DNA of 64,000 nt, taken from Octopus sinensis (Eukaryota). The first letter of the stretch is position 1. Each line of letters opens with the position of its first letter. Made by a program: the position numbers and the translations under genes. Positions 1-13,559 of this stretch are shown piece after piece. The notes beneath the pieces were generated by a model. That model was not told the DNA's origin and searched no databases. It worked only from the letters and a program-made list of their open reading frames with translations. Where the stretch lies: the NCBI RefSeq assembly GCF_006345805.1, contig NW_021824834.1, positions 1 through 64,000 on the forward strand, given 5' to 3'.

Positions 1-916
1 GACGCCCGGTCCAGGAATCGAAACCAATCTCGTTCAGAGATTTAATAATGCTTGCAGACATTTTTCGAAATCAGTGACGGAAGTTACTAGAAAAACACTA
101 AGTAGTTTGCATACAGGCTTCCCTTCATCGTGAACCGGTGATAACCGCCCGTTGACAAGAGGCAACAACCTCGAAACTGCGGTCCGTGCGTATCACTTAG
201 GCTTATGAGAGAGGGATGGCCTCCCTTTGCAAATACCATAAGGCAACAGATAGTGTGCCTAAAGCCAGCTGGAGACGATGATCTCCTGGGGCTAAAAGCT
301 AGAGTAACACCCACTCTTTGTGGTCAGCCATATTGAGATGGCTATTATACCTTACATTGTCGAGCGGTTACTGTTTACATCTCGTTCAGAGATTTTAATA
401 ATGCTATATATATATATATATATATACGCACATGCATTTACACACACAGAGACACAAAGATATATACATCCACACACACACGTACATAAAGGCAGACACA
501 CAAACACACATCTACGCACATACACGCAGAAAAAGTATTCACACACACACTGAACCTCACACCACCACATTCGCATATCAAATCATAAAACAAACGTCTC
601 TGTATCTAAGCATGTTTGCATATGACAAAATCTAGCCTCGTTCTGAAAACATATATTATATATTTTCATTAAAACGCCATCAATAGCTTCTATCAGATAA
701 GGTAGATGTTCATTACAGATGTTTACCATTGTACGAAATAAGATGTTTCATAGATAATTTGTTCAAGAAAGCTAAAGGCAAATATTTGAGGAAATTAACC
801 ATAGATCAACAAGAATTCGTTCTCTATCTATATAAACAAATCTGTATTAGGAATAAATGAACATGTGTTTTTAAAGATTTTCATGTCTCATGGCGATTAT
901 ATATCCGGCGTTACCA

Positions 917-923
917 CTATCTG

Positions 924-1005
<82 letters not shown>

Positions 1006-1077
1006 CATCTGTCTATCTATCCATCTATCCATCTATCCATCTATCTATCTATCCATCCATCTATCCATCTATCTATC

Positions 1078-1127
<50 letters not shown>

Positions 1128-1187
1128 CATCTATCCATCTATCTATCTATCTATCTACCTATCTATCCATCTATCTACTATCTATCT

Positions 1188-1253
<66 letters not shown>

Positions 1254-1262
1254 CATTTATCC

Positions 1263-1334
<72 letters not shown>

Positions 1335-1511
1335 CTCTCTATATATATATATATTTATCTATCTGTCTGTCTGCCTATCTATCTATCTATCTATCTGTCT
1401 GTTTGTCCGTCTATGTGTATGTCTGTCTATGTATATCCGAACGTATGTTTGAATGAATGTGTGTATGTATGTCTATATATAATCATCTACTAACGTCTCT
1501 TAGTCTATGCG

Positions 1512-1573
<62 letters not shown>

Positions 1574-1578
1574 CATCT
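917..1578. repeat. (CTAT)n / (CCAT)n tetranucleotide microsatellite, two blocks
   Basis: Directly visible; it generates the spurious YLSI ORFs 865..1452 and 890..1456. Confidence 0.97.
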
Positions 1579-1579
1579 A

Positions 1580-2652
1580 GTGTCGCGTTGCTCTCAGGCA
1601 ACTCTGCCGTCCCGGGTCGACCCTGAGTGAATCCATCACAACCCAAGCATTCTACAGGGGTGTAGTGGAGGGGAGGTACGACGACGAGCTCAGGGCGAAC
1701 CTGGACGTCGACGAGGAATACCTGACCCGCCTGTTCGGGACGACTTTCGGGCCAGGGCCCATGGATAACTTCCAGAGATCCCTGGCCTGGCAGTGCTACC
1801 GAGAAGCGCTACCCGTTCGGGATAAGCTCTACAGACAGGCTCGAGAAACACGGGCCCGACCTGCCCGAGATGCGGTCAGAACGACAAACCGTTCTGCACG
1901 CACTCTGGTGTCCCACAATTTCCGACCTGTGGGCTTATGTCGAACAACTGCTGTCACGTGTTGGACGAGTCATTTATCAGCTGAGTCTATCGTCAATATT
2001 GTCACGCCTCCTTCCTTCAAACGGGAAGGAGAGCTATTTTCATCACCCTTGTGCTATGGCGAAGAATGTATCTGGTGGACGCGTCTGAAGGATGGAGACA
2101 AACACTTTCCTCTCTGGTCAATCTCTCATCAACTTCTTCAAGAACCACTTGAAAAGGAAAGTGAGAGTAGAGAGGCAAGTTTTGTCTAGCGAATGTTTTA
2201 AAAAAAGATGGGTGAATGTAGCAAGGATGCACGTATGAATGACGAAGCCACCTTGAGCATAATCCTATGATCCCAAATTGAAACAGAGGGTTACCCACTT
2301 GCAAACAATGTGGTAACATATAACAATTTGACCGAGGTTACCGTGGTCTTTTTCGTAGGCTTTTCTCCCACGGATAAACCTTATCTGCTTCCCCTTTTAC
2401 ACCGTACATATGACACTGTGATACACGATTCCTATTGATCGTTTTTTTTCCTCTTCCCCGTTTTTCCTCTTTTTTCTTTTTCTTTTTTTCTTTTCTTTTG
2501 TTTCTTTTCCATTTTTGTTCTTTTTTTCTTTTCCCTTTTACGATCCCTTTTTGATAGAAAACTTACGCCACTTTTTTTTCATCCCCCAAAAGAAAAGTCT
2601 CTACTTGTAATTTGTCCCATCTGTGTGCAGCCTGTTGTGGCCAATACAGAAA
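1580..2652 (+). mobile_element. 5'-truncated Tx1/L1-clade LINE: 3' end of ORF2 (zf-RVT-like region) plus 3' UTR
   Basis: Frameshifted peptide LAWQCYREALPVRDKLYR..TCPRCGQND..VLHAL.CPTISDLWAYVEQLL (CxxC-H-C zinc motif typical of L1/Tx1 ORF2). T-rich 3' UTR. Flanked on both sides by (CTAT)n. Homologous to 39780-40250. Confidence 0.8.
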
Positions 2653-2693
2653 CTTACTATCTATCTATCTCGTGAGCTGAAACTAGATAAAAT

Positions 2694-2741
<48 letters not shown>

Positions 2742-3001
2742 CTATCTATCTATCTAGCTAGCTAGGTAGCTATCTATCTGGCAGTCTCTCTGACTGTCTA
2801 CCTGTATATCTGTGTGTCTGTCTGTCTATGCATGTTTGCTTGTGTGTCTGTCTACAAATGTATGTAGTATTTATTAACGTATGTATGTATGCATATATGT
2901 ATCTAAACCTGTGAATTTGTATATTCGTGCATATAATATGCTTTTATGCACGAATGTATGCATGTATTTTGTGTGTGTGTGTGTGGTGTGTGTGTGCATG
3001 T

Positions 3002-3035
<34 letters not shown>

Positions 3036-3192
3036 TTGGGTGTGTTTGAGTGTGTTTGCGTGCGTATGTTTATCATCCGTAGTTAAGGGACGGATAAGCG
3101 AAAACATACTTCTCTTTGCTCTTGAACGGGTTTCAGTCTTTTGATGACGGACATTCACGAGCACCGCCATAACTATATCTCTATATATTGTG

Positions 3193-3246
<54 letters not shown>

Positions 3247-3769
3247 CATACTCATACACACACACACACACTCATATATATACATACACACACACATATA
3301 TATAAATGTATATACATATATACATACATGTATATATATAGATATATGCATATATATATGTACATGCATACATGCATACATACAAATATACACACTTACA
3401 TACAGACATATGTGTGTATATTTATAATTTTCTAGTGGGTTAATGAGGTCTTTTTTCCGGTCAAAAGGCTTGAAAGCCGTTTCTCCAAGTGTCGGCTGAC
3501 TTAAGAATTACCTACACAAGTGTAAAAATAACTTCATTTTTATCATGCACACACACACACACATAATTAAAACTCGTGCATGTGTGTGTGTGTGTGTGTA
3601 TCTTTGTATGAGTGTGTCCGCGTATGAGAGAGTTTGCCTTATCTCGAACGGAGAGCATGTATAAGACTTATGTGAAACGAGGAAACGAGACCGAGCAAAC
3701 AGAAATATTAAATAAACAACGAGCTATGAGCAACCCATAAGCACACCTACTCACACTCAATAATGCACA

Positions 3770-3813
<44 letters not shown>

Positions 3814-3901
3814 AAGGGTGGAAAGGAACACACGAGTTGATATATATGAAAAAAACAAGTCAAAAATAGAAAATGCTAAGGTAACTTTATAGTGAATCTT
3901 T

Positions 3902-3939
3902 CAGTACCGGTTTCGGTCATTTGGAGACCTTTTCAACTG
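3902..3939 (-). ncRNA. Degenerate minimal hammerhead ribozyme in a Penelope-like terminal fragment (~3810-4070)
   Basis: Minus strand reads cag TTGAAAA ggtc tccaaat gacc GAAA ccgg TA ctg: stem I cag/ctg, stem II ggtc/gacc, palindromic ACCGGT, GUA site. The core differs from CTGAAGA by two transitions. Confidence 0.6.
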
Positions 3940-4084
3940 TAACGATAAATAATTAATTTAGAAAAATTAGAAGAAAAGTTTTTTTAAAAGAATATTTCTT
4001 GTAGTATGTTCAGGTGTAAGTGGCATTCTGCCTTTCTCTGACTCCCTTGTTTGCACTTGTGTGTTCGAGGTCGTTTTTATATAT

Positions 4085-4360
4085 ATCACGTCACGTGACC
4101 GACCAGTCCATCAGATGTAGTTACCCATCGCTGGTCACAATGCGTTCGCATTGTTTTAGCCTTCGAATGACGCCACCCCGCTGGCTAAACGAGCAGGCCA
4201 ACAGAAGAAAGAGTGGTGAAGGAGTACAGCAGGGATCACCACCCCCTGCCGGAGCCTCGTGAAACTTTTAGGTGTTTTCGCTCAATAAACACTCACAACG
4301 TCCGGTCTGGGAATCGAAACCGTGAGTCCGCTGCCCTAACCACTGGGCCATTGCGCCTCC
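4085..4360 (-). mobile_element. tRNA-derived SINE, family A head with a different body
   Basis: Reverse complement starts ggaggcgcaatggcccagtggttagggcagcggactcacggtttcgattcccagacc, nearly identical to the heads at 14858 and 24763; pol III A/B-box-like motifs. Confidence 0.8.
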
Positions 4361-4560
4361 ACTTATATATGTACGTGTGTGTATGTATGCATGTATACAT
4401 GTATGTATTTTTTCTTTTGTGATGCTGCGTATGTATGTATATATGTATGCATACATGTATGTATACATGCATGTATTTATGTATGTATGTATGTATGTAT
4501 GTATGTAGTGTTGTGTCTCTGTAAGTATATGTGGTGTAGCTGTATACAAGTATATATATT

Positions 4561-4617
<57 letters not shown>

Positions 4618-4830
4618 CTTGTATACACTACACCACATATACTTACAGAGACACAACACTACATACACATATACATACATACATACATACATACATACAT
4701 ACATACATAAATACATACATACATACATACATACATACATACATACATACATACATACATACATACATACATACATACATACATACATACATGTATACAT
4801 ACATGTATGCATACATATATACATATATAT

Positions 4831-6130
4831 CCTTAAGAAAAGTATGATGCTCCACCTCCAAAACACAGCCTCTATCTCTGATTCCCAACACGGCTTCGTG
4901 CCGAAGATCATGTTTGACCAACTTACTGGTAATGGAAGAATTGTGACGCGCATCCTCGATGATAGTGATGCTGTTGACATCGTTTATTGGACTTTGCCAA
5001 AGCTTTTGACTCGGTAAACCACCGCCTATTACTTGTCAAGCTTCAAGCATATAGTTTCCATCCGGATATTGTACGATGGGTTGGTGCCTTCCTCTCAGAT
5101 CGCTCCTTCCAAGTCCAAGTTAATGGTTCGCGGTCCGACGTCTCAGTGCGAGCAGTGGCGTGCCTCAAGGTTCAGTGCTTGGGCCCTTATTGTTCTTAGT
5201 CTTCATAAATGACTTGCCCGACGACCTCACGCAGCACACCCTTCTATTTGCCGACGATATCAAACTGGTCGCTCCTCGCGGTGATATAGAGGATCTTCGT
5301 CGATGCCTCCACCAAATTGGAAGTGGTCTAACGAATGGGACCTGTGTCTGAACGTGTCAAAGTGCTGTCATCTGCCTGTTGGCTCTCCTCCTGCAACTCA
5401 ACTTGATTTCGACCGGGTCGTTTGCTGCTGGAGAGGACCGATCAGGTAAAGGACCTGGGTATCTTGGGGGATTCCTCCTTTTCGCCTTCGGCCCAGTGCG
5501 TCCATGCTGCCAACAAAGCACGCGGAATTCTGTTCTTGATTCGACGGTCATTCGGAATGCTCACAGCAGCCATATTCCTACCACTCTATGTCACGCTGGT
5601 GAGACCCATATTGGAGTACGGATTCAAGCCTCTTCTCCTTATCTCCTCAAAGACATACAGCATCTCGAAAGAGTCCAGAAGCTGGCTACTCGCATGGTTC
5701 ACGGTCTCAAAAATTTGTCCTATCAAGAAAGGCTGAGGACGCTCGACCTTTATTCTCTTGAAAACGCCGCCGCCGTGGTGATCTCATTCTCGCCCACAAC
5801 ATCATAAGCGGAAAGTGTAACCTCTCGAAAGAGCTGTTCTTCACTCCTGCTCCAGAGCGTCGGCTGCGGGGTCATTCCGAAAAGCTCTACCTGCGACGAT
5901 TTCATCTCAATCGAAGGAGAGGAGCTTTCTCCGTCGGGTTGCGGATCCGTGGAACAAGCTGCCAGACGAGATGGTGAAGATGCCGACGACCGCTTTGTTC
6001 AAAGCCTCCCTTGACCTCAAGTGGCCTGAACTCTTTACATGAACACCACCCTGTACTTAACTCCATGTCCCCCTACATGGCCTTGCTATTTGCTTTTGAG
6101 CCAAATTAACTAACTAACTAACTAACTAAC
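4831..6130 (+). mobile_element. 5'-truncated CR1-like LINE (RT domain to 3' end)
   Basis: RT motifs [46 protein letters not shown] and HLERVQKLATRMV across frameshifts; ends in a (TAAC)n tail. Confidence 0.9.
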
Positions 6131-6843
6131 ATACATACGCAGCATCACAAAAGAAAAAAATACATACATATATACATGCATACATACACACACATACATA
6201 CATGCATACATAAATACATATATACATACATACATACATACATACATACATACATACATACATACACACAAACATACATACATACGTACATACATACATA
6301 CATACATACATAGATACATACATACATACATACATACATACATACATACATACATACACACAAACATACATACAGAGTACCTACAACATACATACATACA
6401 ACATACATACATACATACATACATACATACATACATCACACAAACATACATACATACGTACATACATACATACATATACATACATATTACATACACAAAA
6501 CATACATACATACGTACATACATACATACACACAAAATACATACATACGTACATACATACACACAAACATACATACATACTACATACATACATACATACA
6601 TACATCATACATACATACATACATACATACATACATACATACATACACACAACATACATACAACATACATACATACATATACATACATACATCATACATA
6701 CATACATAATACATACATACATACATACATCACACAAACATACATACATACATACATACATACATACATACATACATACATACATACATACATACATACT
6801 ACATACATACATACATACATACACATACATACATACATACATA
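6128..6843. repeat. (TACA)n microsatellite
   Basis: Directly visible. Confidence 0.97.
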
Positions 6844-7339
6844 CCCTGTTGCTTTTGTTGAAATTCCAATGTAGGAGCCTCGGATCTGGGTTAGAGACCG
6901 ACTCTTTGGCAACAAATCTTGAAATAAAACTGAATGACATACATACATGTATACAAATATTCATACATATATACATGCATACATACATGCATATTTGTGT
7001 TTGTGCACCACCACCGCTGACAACCGGTGTAGATGCGTATACATCCTCGTAACTTAGCGTTTCAGCAAAAGATACCGATAGAACAAGTACCAGGTTTTAA
7101 AAAGAAATCAGTACTGGAGGGTCGAGTGATTCGGCCGAAAATTATTTTAGGTGGTGCCTCAGCATGGCCGCATTCTCATGACTAAAACAGTTTCCGTCTA
7201 ACAAATCCAGTCACAAAGCTTTGGTCCACCCGAGGCCATAGTAGGAGACACTTGCCCAAAGTGTCACACAGTGGGACTGAACCCGGAACCATATGGATGG
7301 GAAGCGAGCTTCTTACCACACAGCCACGTCTGAGAGAAT

Positions 7340-7565
7340 ACTCTTACTCTCTCTTTTACTCTTTTTCCTTTTTTCAGTCATTTGACTGCGGCCATGCTGG
7401 AGCACCGCCTTTAGTCGGGCAAATCGACCCCGGGACTTATTCTTTGTAAGCCCAGTACTTATTCTATCGGTCTCTTTTGCCGAACCGCTATGTGACGGGG
7501 ACGTAAACACACCAGCATCAGTTGTCAAGCAATGCTAGGGGGACAAACACAGACACACAAACACA

Positions 7566-7637
<72 letters not shown>

Positions 7638-7793
7638 GACAGGCTTCTTTCAGTTTCCGTCTACCAAATCCACTCACAAGGCATTGGTCGGTCCGGGGCT
7701 ATAGCAGAAGACACTTGCCCAAGATGCCACGCAGTGGGACTGAACCTGGAACCATGTGGTTGGTAAGCAAGCTACTTACCACACAGCCACTCC
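7340..7793 (-). mobile_element. SINE family B, full length, with internal (TA)/(CA) microsatellite
   Basis: Reverse complement of the 46207-46615 element: head ggagtggctgtgtggtaagtagc, tail ...gactgaaa(c)aagtaaaagagt. Partial copies adjoin at ~7010-7330. Confidence 0.9.
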
Positions 7794-8403
7794 TCAGAAA
7801 TGTATTGGTATGTAAGATTATTAAAGAAACATAATAGGAATAGAGGTTTTGGTTTATAGATGTTTTGAGTATAGTTTTGGGCGTTATCAGTGTTATGGTT
7901 GGCTGTTTTAAGGCGTCGTACAAGCCACGTAAATAGGATAGTGAGAAACTTTTTATTATATTGAAATAACTCTTGGTATGTTCAAAATGCCATGATTGGG
8001 TCGTCTTACGTACGTATATATACACATACACACATTCACATATTTGTATGGCTGTATGCACATTATATATATGCGCCTCTGTGTATGTGTGCGTGTGTGT
8101 GTATGTGCGTGTGTGTGTGCGTGCGTATGTGTGTACATGTATATATATATATATATATTATATATATTATATATATATATAATATATATGAGACATACAC
8201 ATTAAAGTGTGTGTGTGCGCGTAAATACAAACTACTGTATCATTTGGGCACAGGTTATCAGTGAAAAGGTCCATGGTTCACCTACAGTCTCTTGCACTGG
8301 CGATGCAAGACATATTTTATATTATCCAAAGCACTTGACTATATATACGTGTGCATACTGTGTGCGTTTGTGTGTATGTATGCCTGTATTATATATATAT
8401 ATA

Positions 8404-8447
<44 letters not shown>

Positions 8448-8654
8448 AGTAATATAATAAGAGTAAATAATATCTTTAATGGTTTTTAAAAAAACCAACA
8501 ATTATTTACTGGTAGATTTCGGCATGTAAATATAACTATTAACGGTAGGAACTTCTATAAAAGTTCAATATATATAGATATATATATTATATATATATAT
8601 ATCTATATATATATATATATATGTACAATATATATACATATATACATGCATACA

Positions 8655-8704
<50 letters not shown>

Positions 8705-8881
8705 TACATACATATATACATGCATATATATATACATATGTATATGCATACATAAACACACACACATATACACACACGCACACACACATATATATACATA
8801 TATATATGTACATGTACACACATATATACACAAACATTTATACACATATGCACGTACAGACAAAAGCGCGCAGGCACGCTT

Positions 8882-8931
<50 letters not shown>

Positions 8932-9149
8932 CACGATTTTTCTCTTCCTGTTTTTTTCTTCTGGTTTTTCTTCGTTTTCTGTATTCTGTTCTTTCTCTGG
9001 AGGTGAGGTCTGCAGAGGCATGGATCCTTGCAGACTGAATATATCTAAGTCGCCCCTATATTGCGATACCATTCCAACGGCTCCAATAGGAGTTATAGGC
9101 TAAGGGAGAAAGTTCCTTTCGTTCGACATCCCACAAGCTCAACGCAGAA

Positions 9150-9580
9150 TTCCAGATATATACATTCGCAAGAATCAAGCAATGCTCTTGGTAATTATTT
9201 AGGTATTGTTCGAATTCTATATGTGCTGTCAAAGCTAACACAAACGGTGCCTTCTGTTGTTCACAACATTAAGGGTCTCAAATATGTAAAAGAAGTGGAA
9301 AATGTAATTATATGATAATAATGCTCCTCGTGGACGTCGAGACAACATTAAGAAAATGAAAAGATTTCAAGTGGACTTGAAACTTTCTAGTTACAGATAC
9401 AGCCCATCAGAAGTTGAGATATTCTTACAGTATTCGTACTTGCCCACCTCAAACACCCTAATGATTATTTCCTTTGACCTGATACACGATCTTATGTGGG
9501 GTTCTGAGACATAAGTATCTTTTTCTTGAAAGCATCAGCGGAGAAAGTGGAAGAAATGGGATTCATTCGACAAGGAATTA
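9150..9580 (+). mobile_element. Possible highly decayed mariner/Tc1 transposase C-terminal relic
   Basis: Remnants resembling HDNAP (gataataatgctcct) and DLAPxDYFLF (acttgccc..cctaatgattatttt); heavily disrupted. Confidence 0.3.
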
Positions 9581-10249
9581 ATGGTGGGATCTCAGTATAA
9601 AACTTTTTTGATGTTTTTCGGGTTCTTTATGTTTAGCTCCAGATTAAACTTGGTTGATCAAAAATATTCCAATCATCCCTATCTTATCTTGTTTTCAGAC
9701 AGTGTAAGCAGAAATATATTATCTAATGTTTTGCCTTTTTTAATGAAAGTAGGATGTGATTTCAAAGAGATAATGAATTTTATTTCTAACTAGTTCAATG
9801 GCTGCAAACAGGCCACACTTATGCTCATATTATTGCATCAACGTTCAATGACAAATTAGGAAACTTTTTAAGTACCAGAGAAAATTCTAAGTACATAAGA
9901 ATCTATGGGGATGAAATATAATTAACTTTTTATTTTTACAAATTCAGAGACGTGACTTAAAGCAGCAAATTAGATAAGTCGTTTGAACGTATGGTAAATT
10001 CCCTTACAGTCTCCGTACTCGTTCTGGCCTATTGCATTTTGAGATCAGTTTTGCTTTTCATCATGTCATAAGTGAGAAATAAAATACCAGTCCTGTACAG
10101 GGACGATTCTCTTCTCCCCGCCAATCACTCTTTAAGAGAGAAATTGGTCGTGATCATGCTTAGTGATGGATGAATTTCACCAGGTCTAAAAATTCCCCAA
10201 ACATGTCATACACCAAGGCGGTGTCCCTACGTCTTCATTGAGGACTGAG

Positions 10250-10900
10250 AAACCAAATCAAGGGGAAAATGTATAAGTTCTATCAAACTACTGTCTTTAT
10301 CCTGATGAACGCAGTAATTAGAAAGGAGATAATCAGGTCGGGTTTCCATCTCTGCAAGATACCTCCTAATCTGCAGCGACTATGTGGCACGTGGTCGACC
10401 AACACTAGCCGTCAACCGAACCAAATCCCCAGTAAAGAGAATATGACCAAACAATCTGAACTGGCGCACCCGAATTATACAAGTAACAGGACACATCCCA
10501 GTTTCTGAGTAGAGTCATTAGTTGGATTCGAAATCCGACCAATGGTAACCCATAATCCTGTGAAGCATCCTGGTACCAAAGGAGTCCAGGTGGCTCCTAA
10601 GGGCCCCAGACAATATTAAAGTCTTGCAGCTATAGAGCAGGACAGTGGAGTCCACAGACCCAAAGATTCCATCCTTTGTCCTTCTGCTCAGATATATAGG
10701 AAGCACAAAACACTCTTGACCAATGAGTATACAGCTGCACCAGCTCGTCTAAGTCGTTTTAGGCTTCAGACTCGCAGCTAATACCACAATGAATTTCACT
10801 TCCGAGATAAGTGAAGCGGTCAATAACTTCGATATTCTTGCCTACAACAGAGACAGACGAGGTAGAGTCCTCCAAGATGCCAACGAAAGACTGGATCTTT
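10250..10900 (-). mobile_element. Degenerate RTE-clade LINE fragment
   Basis: ORF 10518..10706 VLLYSCKTLIL..LDSFGTRMLHRIMGYHWSDFESN resembles the RTE LLYGxETW..LRRI.G..W.D.VSN region. Confidence 0.7.
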
Positions 10901-11000
10901 GTCTTGGAAGTACTAGAAATTTCAATTTCAAATCAAGGAATCATAAGGAAATGTTGCTTAGAATTCACATAACATTGTTGTTGTTGTTGTTTTTTTTTAC

Positions 11001-11315
11001 TATTAAGAACTTTTATTAAGAACTTTTTTTTACTTATTAAGAACTTTTATTGAGAACTTTTTTTACTTATTAAGAACTTTTATTGAGAACTTTTTTTTAC
11101 TTATTACGAAATTTTATTAAGAACTTTTTTTACTTATTAAGAACTTTTATTAAGAATTTTTTTTACTTATTAAGAACTTTTTTTACTTATTAAGAACTTT
11201 TATTAAGAACTTTTTTACTTATTAAGAACTTTTATTAAGAACTGTATTTTACTTATTAAGAACTTTTTTTACTTATTAAGAACTTTTTTTAAGAACTTTT
11301 TTTCCTTATAAGAAC
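11001..11315. repeat. AT-rich minisatellite with core ttattaagaactttt(tttac), ~15- and ~21-bp units
   Basis: About 18 tandem copies of attaagaactttt, directly visible. Confidence 0.92.
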
Positions 11316-11533
11316 TCGATAAAATTTCTTCCTGGTCGTAATTTTGTCATGAATTGGCAGCATGATATAAGCGATAATTATAAAATAATTTTTATATGAA
11401 GAGAGACATATCATTAAAATGAGAACAATTACTCTAGAAGATATTCATGGAAAGTGTAAGTGCACGCGCGCTCGAGTGTGTATGTGCGTACGTGCGTGTG
11501 TGCGTGTGTGTGTGTGCGCGCGTGCGTGTGTGT

Positions 11534-11593
<60 letters not shown>

Positions 11594-12293
11594 ATGCTTC
11601 TTCTTTGTGCTTGTGTTTGTCCCCTAACCACCGAGCGACAATCAGTGTCGTCTACCTAGTTTGGCTAAAGAGACCGATAAAGGTAACTACCAAACGTTAG
11701 TAGTTTAGCACTCGAGATTAAAAGCGAGAAACTTCTTGGATTTTGCATACAAGTTAATAACTACTTCCAGAGATGTGTTATACATATATGGGGAGGTTGT
11801 GTGTATGTGTATGTGTGTACGTATGTTTTATCAAATTTTTTGGAGACTTCATCACTGGATGAGGATTCAAATTTGATTGCAGGACGGAATCTTACCCATG
11901 AGTAATGTGATCTACACAATCCGATCTGTAATATTCACTTACCTTCAACCACCGCCTCTATAAGCACAATGCCTCATACCCGGAAGAGTAAGAAATAAAT
12001 AATGTTTTCACATTTCGTCAAAAAGTACTAGAAGTAATTTCCGAATAGGAATTGAAACCGCGTTGTATATGCGGAACATTGACAGACTGTGAATGCACAG
12101 CGAATATACAAGGCGACTCTTTCGTTGATAGCATTTATATTGTCGGACTAGTGGCGCCACTAGGCTATAAAACCACCCTAGTGTAACTACATATCTGATA
12201 TTCAGCCAGCCTCAGGTTATGGTTAACACTGTACAGACATGATTGAGACTTTCTTTAATGACGGGGGTTCTGTCAATAAAAATGATATGGCCC

Positions 12294-12360
<67 letters not shown>

Positions 12361-12972
12361 CACAAGTACATATAAATATACGTATATGTATACACACACA
12401 CACACATATATATATATGTGTGTGTTATATATATATGTATATATATATATATATGTATATATATATGTATATATATATATTATATATACATATATATATA
12501 TGTGTGTATATATATATTATATATATATATACAAGTTATATATATATATATACAAGTTATATATATATATAGATATATACACAAAATATATATATATATA
12601 TATATTATACATACACATACATACATATATATGCATATCTGTGTGTGTGTATGTGGGGTGTGTGTGTGTGTGTTTGTGTGATGTATGCATGCATGTTTGA
12701 ACATATTTATATATCAGTGCGTTTATATATTTCTATTCTACAAGCACATACCTATCACACTCTATTATTCTCCCACAGTTAGAACGTGTTTACATGCGCG
12801 TCTGTGCGCGTGTGCAAGTGCGTGTGTTTGTGTGTGCGCGTGCACGCGTGTGTGTGTTTGTGTGCGCGCGCATGTGTATGTGAACGTGTGTGTACGCTGC
12901 TGTATTGTCCGCATCAACTGCAACCCCATCGTCCCAGCTAAAATTTCCATTATTAATATTATAGCCGTCATT

Positions 12973-13327
12973 AAGGCGGCAAGTTGCCAAAATTGTTAGC
13001 ACATCGAGCAAAATGCTTAGTGGCATTTCGCCTCTCTTTGCGTTCTGAGTTCAAATTCCGCCAACGTCGACTTTGCTCTTTATCCTTTCGGAGTCGATAA
13101 AATAAGTACCTATTTCTTTACTACCCCACAAGGGGCTAAACACAGAGGGGACGAACAAGGACAGACAAACGTATTAAGTCGATTATATCGTCCCCAGTGC
13201 GTAACTGGTACTTATTTAATCGACCCCGAAAGGATGAAAGGCAAAGTCGACCTCAGCGGAATTTGAACTCAGAACGTAGCGGCAGACGAAATACGTATTT
13301 CTTTACTACCCACAAGGGGCTAAACAC
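12973..13327. mobile_element. Composite of family D SINE pieces: + copy 12973-13110, - copy 13111-13290, duplicated tail 13295-13327
   Basis: Matches 43517-43751 in both orientations. Confidence 0.85.
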
Positions 13328-13559
13328 TGACACTTCACTGACACTACTTTCCCCACACCTAAATAATGGGTCTCAATTCGTTACAATTATGAACATTCGG
13401 GCTGGTCAATTAACTGAACTGCTTTCCATTTGAACACTGAATTATAGTGTAAGAATCTGAGGATAGCATATAATCTTAGATCCTGTGTAATCCGAATAAG
13501 GTTTTATCCGAGATTCTAGATGATATAGAAGTTCGAGTCCGTATGGTAAAATAACTAGA

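Noticed and set aside
11001-11315. Regular short repeats suggesting a CRISPR array
   Set aside because: No unique spacers, no cas genes, eukaryotic context; it is a simple minisatellite.
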